Source of the DNA: Pseudomonas sp. UBA4194
GTDB taxonomy: Bacteria; Pseudomonadota; Gammaproteobacteria; Pseudomonadales; Pseudomonadaceae
NCBI RefSeq assembly: GCF_002379585.1
Contig: NZ_DFUE01000030.1
Location: 30,833-94,832 of the forward strand
Reading direction: 5' to 3'
DNA: 64,000 nucleotides
Below, in pieces: positions 18,022 through 27,173 of this stretch (the stretch's first letter is position 1; every line of letters begins with the position of its first letter). A program made the translations under genes and the position numbers. The notes below the pieces were generated by a model. The model searched no databases. It was not told where the DNA came from and saw only the letters and a program-made list of their open reading frames with translations.

Positions 18022-19449
18022 TCAAGGGTGGGCAGGTGGCGGTACCGATGCTTCATTCCGGGTCATGGCGCTGCGTTGCGCCGACAGTGCCGGCTGGCTT
18101 TTCTGTAGCCAGACCCCTATGCACACCAGCACAGCGGTGAGGCCCAGGGTCGACATCAGTTCGGCGCGCTGGCCGGGGAATGCCGCCATGATCACGAACA
18201 CGGCCAGGATGAATACGATGGTCAGCACCGTGAGGTAGGGGAACAGCCACATCCGCACTTCAAGGCGTTTGCCCATGGCCACCAGCTTGCGACGCATGCA
18301 CAGCTGCGTCACGGCGATCACCAGGTACATCAGCAGGGCCAAGGCGCCGCTGGTGGCCAGCAGGAACTGGAACACCCTGGCTGGCAGCAGGTAATTGGCG
18401 GCCAGCGCGGCCAGGGCCGCGAACGCGGTGAGGGAGACGGCCAACAGGGGGACGCCCTGAGCGGTGGTCCGCGAGACCGATTTAGGTGCGTCGCCGCGGC
18501 GCGCCAACGAATAGGCCATGCGTGAAGCGGTGTAGATCGCCGAGTTCAGGCAACTGGTCACGGCCACCAGCACCACGATGCTCATGATGCCCGGCGCCCA
18601 GGGGATATTCATGGCCGTCAGCACGGCCTGGTAGGAACCTTGGGACAGACCGGGCGCGTTCCACGGAATCAGGCACACCACTACAAACATCGAGCCCAGG
18701 TAGAAAAGGCCCAGACGCCATACCACGGCACGGATGGCTTTCTTGATATTGGCCTTGGGGTCTTTGGATTCGGCGGCCGCGATGGTCACCACTTCGCTGC
18801 CCTGGAAGCTGAACATGGCGGTGAGCAGGGCGGCGATGATCGCGACATTGCCATTGGGAGCGAAGCCGCCGTTGGCCCACAGGTTGCTGATGCCGCTGGT
18901 GGCGGAGCCCGGCAGCAGGCCAAGAATGGCCAGTACGCCAAGCACGATGAAACCGACGATCGACACCACTTTGAACAGCGACAACCAGTATTCCAGCGTA
19001 CCGAACGAACCGACGCTCAGGCTGTTGCAGAACACCAGCACCAGGGTGATGGCGAAAGCTGCGCTCCAGTGGGGCAGCCCCAGCCAGTCACCCAGAATGT
19101 TGCCGGCCACGATGGCCTCGATGGCGATCACCAGTACGTAGAACCACCAGTACAGCCAGCCGATGGAAAAGCCCGCCCAGCGTCCGATGGCCTGGTCGGC
19201 ATAGGAAGAAAACGAGCCGGTATCGGGACGCGCCGTGGCCATCTCGCCCAGCATCTGCATCACCAACACCACGATGGCCGCCGCCATCAGGTACGACACC
19301 AGCACCGCTGGGCCGGCCGCCGCAATGGCATTGCTCGAACCTACGAACAACCCGGCACCGATCACCCCGCCGATGGAGATCATCGTCACCTGTCGGCCTT
19401 TCAAGCCGCTCCCCAACTGGTCGTTGGTCTTGTCTTGGACACCCTGCAT
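18022..19449 (-). CDS. APC amino acid permease (GabP-like)
   Basis: RQVTMISIGGVIGAGLFVGS, GWLYW, FSFQGSEVV, SCLNSAIYTASRM. Confidence 0.92.
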   Translation of the reverse strand: MQGVQDKTNDQLGSGLKGRQVTMISIGGVIGAGLFVGSSNAIAAAGPAVLVSYLMAAAIVVLVMQMLGEMATARPDTGSFSSYADQAIGRWAGFSIGWLYWWFYVLVIAIEAIVAGNILGDWLGLPHWSAAFAITLVLVFCNSLSVGSFGTLEYWLSLFKVVSIVGFIVLGVLAILGLLPGSATSGISNLWANGGFAPNGNVAIIAALLTAMFSFQGSEVVTIAAAESKDPKANIKKAIRAVVWRLGLFYLGSMFVVVCLIPWNAPGLSQGSYQAVLTAMNIPWAPGIMSIVVLVAVTSCLNSAIYTASRMAYSLARRGDAPKSVSRTTAQGVPLLAVSLTAFAALAALAANYLLPARVFQFLLATSGALALLMYLVIAVTQLCMRRKLVAMGKRLEVRMWLFPYLTVLTIVFILAVFVIMAAFPGQRAELMSTLGLTAVLVCIGVWLQKSQPALSAQRSAMTRNEASVPPPAHP

Positions 19450-19701
19450 CAGCTTGCACCTCGGTTGAGCGCTTGTTGTTGTGATAGGCCATCGGCGCGG
19501 CCTTGCAGACAAGCTTAAGCGTTGACGCAAGAGGGGATTAGGGGCCGCGCCGTCATAGGGGGTGTGACGGCTGGTCATAGGTCGCTGAGCGCTGATTGAC
19601 CGTTGCCGGCATTGGCGGTTGAAATCCACAGCCTCGCTCGACACAATCGCCCCCCCGATCCGGACGTGGGTGCCGGGTGTTTGCAGTCAAGTGAGGCGGC
19701 G

Positions 19702-20385
19702 GTGAACCAACAGACATTGTCGATGCGCCTGGAACAGGTCGCAGCCCATGTGCCCCAAGGGGCGCGCCTGGCCGATATCGGTTCGGATCACGGCTATCTG
19801 CCGGCCGCGCTGTTGCTGCGCGGTGCGATCAGCGGAGGGGTGATTGGCGAGGTTGCGCTGACGCCGTGGCACGCCGCCCAGCGCACGGTGGGCGAGAATG
19901 GACTGCAAGAGAAGCTCAGCGTGCGCCTGGCCGATGGCCTGGCGGCGATAGAGCCCGGGGACGCCATTGACGCAATCAGCCTGTGCGGCATGGGCGGCGA
20001 GACGATCCGCGACATTCTGGCCAGCGGCCAGGCCCGTTTGAGCGGCCGCGAGCGGTTGATCCTGCAGCCCAACGGTGGCGAGCAGCCATTGCGGCGGTGG
20101 CTGATGGAGAACGGCTATCGCATCCTTGCCGAGGCGTTGCTGCAGGAGAACCGGTTCTACTACGAGATCATCGTCGCCGAACGAACTGGCCCGGTGACCT
20201 ACACCGAACAAGAACTGTATTTCGGACCCCTGCAGATGCAGGCGCGCAGTCCAGCATTCCTGGCCAAGTGGCAGCGCCTGCTCACGCTCAAGCACAAGGC
20301 CCTCCAAGGCCTGCCGCACAATAAGACCGCCCGAATCGCCCAACAAGCCGAATGGATCAAACAACTCCTAAACCCTACCCTGTAG
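19702..20385 (+). CDS. trmK: tRNA (adenine(22)-N1)-methyltransferase
   Basis: LSMRLEQVA, LADIGSDHGYLP, ADGLAAI, GMGGETI, LILQPN, YEIIVAE; GTG start after GAGG. Confidence 0.88.
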   Translation: MNQQTLSMRLEQVAAHVPQGARLADIGSDHGYLPAALLLRGAISGGVIGEVALTPWHAAQRTVGENGLQEKLSVRLADGLAAIEPGDAIDAISLCGMGGETIRDILASGQARLSGRERLILQPNGGEQPLRRWLMENGYRILAEALLQENRFYYEIIVAERTGPVTYTEQELYFGPLQMQARSPAFLAKWQRLLTLKHKALQGLPHNKTARIAQQAEWIKQLLNPTL

Positions 20386-20403
20386 CAGCGGCGTAAGCCG
20401 CGT
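20381..20403 (+). repeat. Possible single degenerate GTAG-type REP element
   Basis: TGTAG-CA-GCGGC-GTAA-GCCGC-GT short palindrome, as in Pseudomonas REPs; only one copy seen. Confidence 0.3.
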
Positions 20404-20446
20404 CCGAAACCCCCTCTATCCCCTCATCCCCCATCCCCCCCATTGT

Positions 20447-21436
20447 TCACCCACCCCCTCCCTCAACCCGCGCATTGATCCAGTCCCAACTGTAAGCCAG
20501 CACACTGTCCGCCACCCTGGTAGGGAAATGAATGAACCCATGAGGAGACGCTGGCACCCAATGCACCTCAACATCGCTCGACTTCGTCCACCGCTCGGCC
20601 AGAAGCAGGGTATCGTCCTGCAGCGGATCCAGTTCACCGACGAACATCAGCGCTGGGGGCATGTCTGTAAAATCACCGTACAGCGGTGACAGCGGCGCCT
20701 GTTGGCGTTGCAGGTCATCCAGCTGCGGAGTGAGCAAACGCAGTGCATCTGCCATGCCGGGCCCGTGCAGCACCAGTGTATCCGGGCCGGCGGCGCGAAC
20801 GCTCGGGGTGCCGGTCAGGTCGTAAACCCCGTAATACAACAACGCGCCACGCACCCGATGCAGCAGGGCAGGCGTTTGCTTGAGGGCCAGCAGCGTAGCG
20901 GCGGCAAGATGCCCGCCTGCCGACTCACCCACGAGCACAACCGGCAAGTCGGCAAACTCGCCGCTCTGCTCGCTCAACAACCAGCGTGCCGCACACAGGC
21001 AGTCCTGCATCAACCCTTGAACAGGGGTGGTTACCGCCAGGCGATAGTCCACCGAGACCACAATCACGTCGCAGGCATTGACGATGCCGACGTTGAGGTC
21101 GTCATTCATCTGCGCATTGCCGATCACCCAGCCGCCACCATGAATATCCAGCACGATACCTTTGGCCGGGCCTTTGGGTCGGATGATGCGCACGGGCACT
21201 TGCAGGCCCCCGCCGCCGACCAGTTTTCGCTCAGCGCTCAGCTCGTGTTTGCGCAACACGTCCGGGCCGCCGATTTGCCCGGCGCGCAGCAAAGTCTGGA
21301 TGAGCAGCGGGGTGATGCGGTTACGGATTCGGAACCGCGGCAGCCGCGCCAGCTTTCTGTTGAAGGCCTGTACCTGGGCCAAATCCCCTTCGGTCACGGG
21401 CCAGGTCGACGCGATATTGCGTTCGCCAGGCTCCAT
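20447..21436 (-). CDS. Alpha/beta hydrolase (HSL family esterase/lipase)
   Basis: HGGGW oxyanion motif, GESAGG nucleophile elbow, GELDPL, HGF; TGATG coupling with tspO. Confidence 0.9.
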   Translation of the reverse strand: MEPGERNIASTWPVTEGDLAQVQAFNRKLARLPRFRIRNRITPLLIQTLLRAGQIGGPDVLRKHELSAERKLVGGGGLQVPVRIIRPKGPAKGIVLDIHGGGWVIGNAQMNDDLNVGIVNACDVIVVSVDYRLAVTTPVQGLMQDCLCAARWLLSEQSGEFADLPVVLVGESAGGHLAAATLLALKQTPALLHRVRGALLYYGVYDLTGTPSVRAAGPDTLVLHGPGMADALRLLTPQLDDLQRQQAPLSPLYGDFTDMPPALMFVGELDPLQDDTLLLAERWTKSSDVEVHWVPASPHGFIHFPTRVADSVLAYSWDWINARVEGGGG

Positions 21437-21882
21437 CAGCGGTTGTTGCGCAGAATAGAGAAGTTCAGAGCGGCAGCAATACACAGCCACACCACATAGG
21501 GAAACAGGATCAAGCCGGTGATCACATCCAGGCGCATGGCCAAGACCACCATGGTGGCGGCAACGATCCACAGCAGGCTGATGATGACCATGCCGGCGAC
21601 AATTCTATGGGCGCCGAAGAACACCGGGGTCCACAGGGTGTTCAGCGCAATCTGCGCTGACCAGAGCGCTAGTACCGTCTGGCTTTCGGGTATCAGGGTC
21701 AGGCGGTAGCCGGCCCAGGCCAGCAGCAGATAGATGATCGTCCACGCCACCGGGAAGGCCCAGTTGGGCGGGGTAAAGCGAGGTTTGACGAGGGATTCGT
21801 ACCAGGCGCCAGGCTTGAAAATGATGCCAGTGCTGGCGGCGGCGGCGCAGGCGAGGAGGAAAATCAGAAAGGTCATCAGCAT
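21436..21882 (-). CDS. tspO: TspO/MBR tryptophan-rich sensory protein
   Basis: WYESLVKPRFTPPNWAFPVAWT, LNTLWTPVFFG, PYVVWL..AAALN. Confidence 0.93.
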   Translation of the reverse strand: MLMTFLIFLLACAAAASTGIIFKPGAWYESLVKPRFTPPNWAFPVAWTIIYLLLAWAGYRLTLIPESQTVLALWSAQIALNTLWTPVFFGAHRIVAGMVIISLLWIVAATMVVLAMRLDVITGLILFPYVVWLCIAAALNFSILRNNR

Positions 21883-21984
21883 TCCTTGGCGCGGGTGGTT
21901 CGATTGGATGAACAGGCTTTGTCGGCCTTCCTAGAGAGGACGTCTGGCAGCGGGAAAAGTTTGCCCGCACCTTTTGTTCTGCCG

Positions 21985-22009
21985 AAAAAAAGCCCGCACG
22001 GGGCGGGCT
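21985..22009 (-). terminator. Rho-independent terminator after the acyltransferase
   Basis: Minus strand AGCCCGC-CCCGT-GCGGGCT followed by a T run. Confidence 0.75.
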
Positions 22010-22026
22010 CGATGATGGGTTTGCAA

Positions 22027-23163
22027 TCAACCTTGGGTGGTCACGGGGGCAGCGGTGCCACGCTTGCCGAGATAGCGGCCGACTTCGATACCCTTGAGCT
22101 CGATCAGCCGATAGCTGATGGCCGACACCGCCACGATCACAACGAGGATTCCCAGCAGCAGGAGATTATCGGCCCATCCACGGTGCAGGGTCACATAGGC
22201 CACGCTGCCGTCCCCTGGAAAACTGACCAGCGCGATTCCCAGCGCCTTGCCCGCTTGAGTCAGTATCACGGTAACCAGAAACAAGACCACGGCGTGGGTC
22301 ATGTAAATGGAGTACGACAGTTGGCCCAGCAGTTCGAAAGGTCGCCGGCGCATTAGCCCAGAGATCATCCCGCCATCAAAGGCAAACACCAATACCGACA
22401 AACAGAACAGCAGGGTCAGGACGGTTTCCTGGTGCGCCATGGGGGTCACCATGGCCAGGGCTACCACGGCCACACTGGTCACTTCGAGCACGGTGAAGGC
22501 CCCGGACGCCAGGGCCACCTCACGCAAGGCGGTATACAGGCGATAGGTCACGGCACCGGCAAAGAAGCACGACAGGCCCAGCCATACCATGGGGGTCAAG
22601 CCCGGATAGCCGAGCGTGGTAGCCAGCAGGGCAGCCCCGGCCAGGGCCGCGAAGAGCCAGCCCGCCTGGCGCTGGAACGTCAGCATCAAGAGGGCGAAGA
22701 TCAGGTAAATCCAGTATTCGACGCTGATGCTCCAGGCCGGATAGTTGAACGACATCGGGTCGAACGTCGGCCACCAGGCTTGCACCAGCAGCAGATTGGG
22801 CAGTATCTCCTCCGGCGCACGCTGCCCGGTGAAGCTCGGCTTGCCGAACGCCATGCCGCGTTGTTCAGCCAGGAATTTGGCCACTTCCAGCGCTATGGCG
22901 ATCACCAGCATGACCACATGCAGGGGGTAGAGCCTGAAGGTTCGGCTGATCACAAATGTCTTGAATTGCTGACCCGAGGCGAGGCGTTGGGCATAGGTAT
23001 GCATCATCACGAAGCCACTGAGCACGAAGAAGAACCCCACCAGATAGTGGGCGCTGCGAAAGAACGCCAGCTCTCCGAAGCTTTGGTAGATGTGCACGTG
23101 ATAGACCGCGACCGACATGGCACACAGGCCTCTGAAGCTGTCCAGCGCGTGGAATCGTTTCAT
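22027..23163 (-). CDS. Acyltransferase family 3 (OafA-like membrane O-acyltransferase)
   Basis: LDSFRGL, FFFVLSGFVM, RLYPLH, WSISVE, LGQLSYSIYMTH. Confidence 0.9.
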   Translation of the reverse strand: MKRFHALDSFRGLCAMSVAVYHVHIYQSFGELAFFRSAHYLVGFFFVLSGFVMMHTYAQRLASGQQFKTFVISRTFRLYPLHVVMLVIAIALEVAKFLAEQRGMAFGKPSFTGQRAPEEILPNLLLVQAWWPTFDPMSFNYPAWSISVEYWIYLIFALLMLTFQRQAGWLFAALAGAALLATTLGYPGLTPMVWLGLSCFFAGAVTYRLYTALREVALASGAFTVLEVTSVAVVALAMVTPMAHQETVLTLLFCLSVLVFAFDGGMISGLMRRRPFELLGQLSYSIYMTHAVVLFLVTVILTQAGKALGIALVSFPGDGSVAYVTLHRGWADNLLLLGILVVIVAVSAISYRLIELKGIEVGRYLGKRGTAAPVTTQG

Positions 23164-23421
23164 GTGAGCTCCTGCGGCGTCAGCCTCGGTGATCTTCGAG
23201 ATGCGGAGACGGTGGGGAATCAGTGCAGCCCTATTGCGGGTATAGGGGCTGGATTGGGCTGGGAGGGCAGTTGGCAATCAGGCAGAAAAGCTACCGCCAG
23301 GGCTGTGGTGAACAGCGCCGGGGAGAAGGGCGGTTTGGGGGGAGACGTGTCGAGTATAGCCAGGCTCTCGGTGGAGGCCAATGGGGGGGAGGGGACCATC
23401 CACACTGATCCCCCCCGCCTG

Positions 23422-24765
23422 TCAAAACCGCCCCGTAATCGGATACTCCACAGCAACGCGCACCTGCTCCCCATCCAGCTCCGCCTGGGCGGTGTTACCG
23501 CGATGGAGGTTGTGCCGCAGCGAAATAGTGGTGCCCTTGGCGGCACCCCCTTGCACTACATAGCGAGCTTCCAGATCCCGCTCCCAATGCCTGCCGCCCT
23601 TGCCATAGCCCAGGTACGCATAACCGCCGCGCGGATCGACGCCGCTGCCGTCGATCTGGCTGCCGCGTATGTAGGCAGCGCTCAGCACCAGCCCCGGCAG
23701 GCCCCACTGGGCCATGGCCAGGTCGTAACGGGCTTGCCAGGATTGCTCGTTGGGTGCGTTGAAATCGGACATCTGCACGGCGTTACCGATGAAGATCGCA
23801 CCGCGGGTGACGTAGTCGAACGGCGTATCGCCATCCACTTTCTGGTAGCCCAGGCTGAAGCTGTGCGAGCCCTGGGCGTAGGTGGACATCAGGCTCCAGG
23901 TGGTGTTGTCGATTCGGCCCGAAAGCGCCTTGCCCTGGTCGGTGGTGCGATACAGGTTGAGGTTCAGGGTGATCGAACGGTTGTCATCCAGTGCCTCGAC
24001 GAAGGTCCCGCCCAGGTAGTGCTGATTCCAGGTGTCCTGGTAACGCGAGGTGTAGAGGCTGGTGGTCAAATGCTTGCCCGGTGTGTACACCACGCCGGCC
24101 AGGTCGAACGCATCGCCTTTTACGGCATTGGAGTAGTTCACCACGAAGCCTTGGTCGTGGCTGCTGGCGTTGCGGTCCGTGCTCTCGGTGAAGTGGCCGG
24201 CAACCAGCCTGACCTTGTCGAACTCGTTGCTGTTGAGGAACACGCCTGTCGCGGTTTCCGGCAGCAGGCGGCTGTCGGACGAGCTGAACACTGGCGTCTT
24301 CACCCGCTGTTCGCCGATCGAAAGCACGGTCGACGACAGCCGCAGCTTCAGGGCCGCGCCGCCACGGCTGAATTCGCTCTTGGTATGGCCCTCGTTGTCC
24401 AGCCCCAGCAAACGGGCCTTGCCCGCGCGACCGCCGCCGCTGTCCAGTTGAGCGCCGAAGTAGCCATGGGCATCCACTCCCACACCGATCAGGCCTTGGG
24501 TAAACCCTGATTGCAGCGTGCCCATCAAGCCGTAGCCCCATTCCTCGGCATAACCATTACGTTCGGCTCGTGGTTTGTAGGCATTGCGGGCACCGCTGTT
24601 GCTGGCGCCGTTGCGGTACTCGCGGTTGTCGTAAACCGTGCGGTTGAGCAGGCTCCAGGTGCTGTCTTCGACAAAACCGTTGGCCTGGGATTGAGCGGAG
24701 TCGGCCAGCGCCAGGGGGCTGGCGAAGGTGGCGAGCAAGGCGCAGCGCAGGGGCAGGGCAGTCAT
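23422..24765 (-). CDS. OprD family outer membrane porin
   Basis: GFVEDS, SGFTQGLIGVGVDA, DSRLLPE, DFNAPNEQSWQARYD, WERD...YVVQGG. Confidence 0.93.
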   Translation of the reverse strand: MTALPLRCALLATFASPLALADSAQSQANGFVEDSTWSLLNRTVYDNREYRNGASNSGARNAYKPRAERNGYAEEWGYGLMGTLQSGFTQGLIGVGVDAHGYFGAQLDSGGGRAGKARLLGLDNEGHTKSEFSRGGAALKLRLSSTVLSIGEQRVKTPVFSSSDSRLLPETATGVFLNSNEFDKVRLVAGHFTESTDRNASSHDQGFVVNYSNAVKGDAFDLAGVVYTPGKHLTTSLYTSRYQDTWNQHYLGGTFVEALDDNRSITLNLNLYRTTDQGKALSGRIDNTTWSLMSTYAQGSHSFSLGYQKVDGDTPFDYVTRGAIFIGNAVQMSDFNAPNEQSWQARYDLAMAQWGLPGLVLSAAYIRGSQIDGSGVDPRGGYAYLGYGKGGRHWERDLEARYVVQGGAAKGTTISLRHNLHRGNTAQAELDGEQVRVAVEYPITGRF

Positions 24766-25202
24766 TTCAAACTCTCTTCACGTTGCACAATGGCATCAAG
24801 GCGTTGGATGGCGCGTTCCGGCAAAGCCGTTGGCATTACTGGCGTCGAACCGTTGGAGGCGCCGACCTGGATCAGCATCACCATGCCCATCGCCAGGTGG
24901 GGGAGGCATTGGATACCGTAGAGTCCAGGGGTGTCGAAGGTCTGCTCTATCTGCTGGTTGATCTTGCCCATGAAGGGGGGTGCGCCGGCGGGCCATAGGG
25001 CCGGTAGTGATGCAGCGTTGTGACCGCTTTGCGAAGGGATGAATCTGACCGTATCACCCGGTGCGATGCTCAGGTAGTCCGGCTCGTACACCATGGCGCC
25101 GCCGGCGCCGCGGTTGAGCATTTTCACTTCGTGGATTTCGGCTTGCGCCGAGGTGCAGAGCAGGGCCGCACAAAACAGCAGTAGCGGGAATAACAAACGC
25201 AT
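24762..25202 (-). CDS. Pseudoazurin (type-1 blue copper protein)
   Basis: Signal peptide; EVKMLNRG..GAMVYEP, PGDTVRF, GHNA, CLPHLAMGM (His/Cys/His/Met ligands). Confidence 0.9.
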   Translation of the reverse strand: MRLLFPLLLFCAALLCTSAQAEIHEVKMLNRGAGGAMVYEPDYLSIAPGDTVRFIPSQSGHNAASLPALWPAGAPPFMGKINQQIEQTFDTPGLYGIQCLPHLAMGMVMLIQVGASNGSTPVMPTALPERAIQRLDAIVQREESLK

Positions 25203-25303
25203 GTTCGGGTATCCATACAATCGGGTGCGACACACGGGGCGAGTGTTCGCTGGTGTAGGCCAGCGCGAGGAAAGGTCGGGCCGGCGCCAAATCGAGGACG
25301 CGG

Positions 25304-26317
25304 TCATTCAGGCAGCGGGTAGCTGTTGATCGCGTTTGCCAATGTTTCGATGCCGTCGAACATACGCAGGCTGGCCTGCATGGCATGGGCGTCGAGAATG
25401 ATGATGCGGTTGTTCTTCACCGCGTCCATGTTGCGGGTCACCGGGTCGCTGCGCAGGTATTCGAGTTTTTTCAGATAGTCGTCAGCCGGGAAGCGGCGAC
25501 GATCCATGCGGGCAATGACCAGGAACGTCGGGTTGGCCTTGGCGATGGTTTCCCACCCTACGGTCGGCCATTCCTCATCGGACTCCACCACATTGCGCAC
25601 ACCCAACGTCTGCAGCATGAAGTCTGGAATGCCCTTGCGCCCAGCCACGTAAGGCTCGATTCCGAGGTCCGCACTGGAGAACCAGAACAGTGCGCTGGTC
25701 TGCTTCGCGCCCTTGTTCTTCAGCGTGGTGGTGGCCTTGACCAAGGTCGACTTCAGTTCGGCGTTGAGTTGTTCACCCCGAGCCTGAACATCGAAGATTT
25801 CCGCCAGCTGGCTAATGCTTTTGTACAGGCTGTCGACCTGGAAGGGCTGAAGGCGCGTACCGTCGGCGCCGACCATGTTGTCTTTGCCCTCGCAATCGGA
25901 AGGCATCAGGTAAGTGGGAATGTTGAGCTCATGGAACTGTTCTCGGGTGCCTACCACGCCTTGCGCACCGATCATCCACTCGAACTGCACCGCCACCAGT
26001 TCGGGCCGCATGCCAATCACCGACTCGAAGCTGGGATCATTGTTGGCCAACCGCTTGACCTTGTCGTCCTGCGCCTTGAACTTGGGCAGTACGTCGTTGA
26101 ACCACAGCGAGGTACCCACAAGCTTGTCACCCAAGCCCAGCGCGTAGAGCATTTCAGTGCCCGATTGGCCGATGGTGACCGCTCGATCGGGGGCATGCTC
26201 AAAGGTCAACGCACTCCCGCAGTTCTGCACGGTGAGCGGGTATTGGGTGGGCGCGGCCTGCACCAGCGGGGACAAGCCCAAGGCAAGGGCGAGAGGGACA
26301 AGACGGGTCAACCACAT
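25304..26317 (-). CDS. Fe-siderophore/cobalamin-type (class III) periplasmic binding protein
   Basis: YPLTVQNCG, EMLYALGLGD, PSFESV, WPTVGWE, MDAVKNNR; start could be 26344. Confidence 0.88.
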   Translation of the reverse strand: MWLTRLVPLALALGLSPLVQAAPTQYPLTVQNCGSALTFEHAPDRAVTIGQSGTEMLYALGLGDKLVGTSLWFNDVLPKFKAQDDKVKRLANNDPSFESVIGMRPELVAVQFEWMIGAQGVVGTREQFHELNIPTYLMPSDCEGKDNMVGADGTRLQPFQVDSLYKSISQLAEIFDVQARGEQLNAELKSTLVKATTTLKNKGAKQTSALFWFSSADLGIEPYVAGRKGIPDFMLQTLGVRNVVESDEEWPTVGWETIAKANPTFLVIARMDRRRFPADDYLKKLEYLRSDPVTRNMDAVKNNRIIILDAHAMQASLRMFDGIETLANAINSYPLPE

Positions 26318-26464
26318 GATGCAATCTCCATTTGAACCGTGCACAAAGCGCAGGTGTACGGTCTGGAATTACATCGACGAGCGCAGCGCCATAGCGCTAC
26401 AAGCCCATTGGCTGGGCGCAGTCAGGATGTCCTTCCCGGACACCCCGCCGGTTAGTGATGTTTG

Positions 26465-26637
26465 CTTGGCCGGCAGGTCTCCTGACTGATGCGTCTTCGC
26501 CGGCTCCAGCCTTCCCGGGTGTATCCCAGTGGCAGTTCAGGAGCAGGCTCGGCATCTACAGTTGCGGGGGCAGTTCCGTTTGATGCCGCAAGGCATCTCG
26601 GATTCCCTATTAATCCCATTTGGAAACCGGCGGCGGC
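26465..26637 (-). ncRNA. Cobalamin (B12) riboswitch
   Basis: Minus strand shows the canonical elements in order: AATAGGGAATCCG, CGGAACTGCCCCCGCAACTGTA, GCCACTGGG...GGGAAGG, B12 box AGTCAGGAGACCTGCC. Confidence 0.93.
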
Positions 26638-26705
26638 ATGGTAGACGATTGCTGCACCGGTTAAAACCATCCAATGCGGCGTATCGCACTGAGCATCGAT
26701 ATCCA

Positions 26706-26738
26706 AACGAAAAACCCGGCCTTGGGCCGGGTTCGTTT
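26706..26738 (-). terminator. Rho-independent terminator of ohr
   Basis: Minus strand AACCCGGCC-CAA-GGCCGGGTT-TTTCGTT. Confidence 0.8.
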
Positions 26739-26753
26739 CGCGTGCGTGATGAG

Positions 26754-27173
26754 TTAAACGGTCACGTGCAGTCGCACGTCGACATTGCCGCGAGTGGCGT
26801 TGGAGTACGGACAGACCTGGTGCGCTGCGTCCACCAACGCTTGCGCATCGGCCTGCTCAAGGCCGGGCAGGTTGACGTTCAGGTCGATGTCCAGACCGAA
26901 GCCGCCTGGGATCTGGCCAATGCCTACGTGAGCGGTTACGGACACGTCCGCCGGGATGCTGCGCTTGGTCTGGCCAGCCACGAACTTCAATGCACCGATG
27001 AAGCAGGCCGAGTAACCCGCGGCAAACAGCTGCTCCGGGTTGGTGGCTTCACCACCGGCGCCGCCCAGTTCCTTGGGAGTGGCCAGTTTGACGTCGAGAA
27101 TCTTGTCGCTGGAAACAGCACGGCCATCACGGCCACCGGTAGCGGTTGCGACTGCGGTATAGAGAGTTTGCAT
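26754..27173 (-). CDS. ohr: Organic hydroperoxide resistance protein
   Basis: [32 protein letters not shown]. Confidence 0.97.
   Translation of the reverse strand: MQTLYTAVATATGGRDGRAVSSDKILDVKLATPKELGGAGGEATNPEQLFAAGYSACFIGALKFVAGQTKRSIPADVSVTAHVGIGQIPGGFGLDIDLNVNLPGLEQADAQALVDAAHQVCPYSNATRGNVDVRLHVTV

Noticed and set aside
1..23404. AGGGGACCAT(T/C)CAC at positions 1 and 23390
   Set aside because: Only about 14 bp with a mismatch and no extended similarity; copy 1 is cut by the window edge, so a repeat family cannot be supported
22432..24510. 692-aa plus-strand ORF
   Set aside because: Antisense shadow of the acyltransferase and OprD genes; no recognisable motifs
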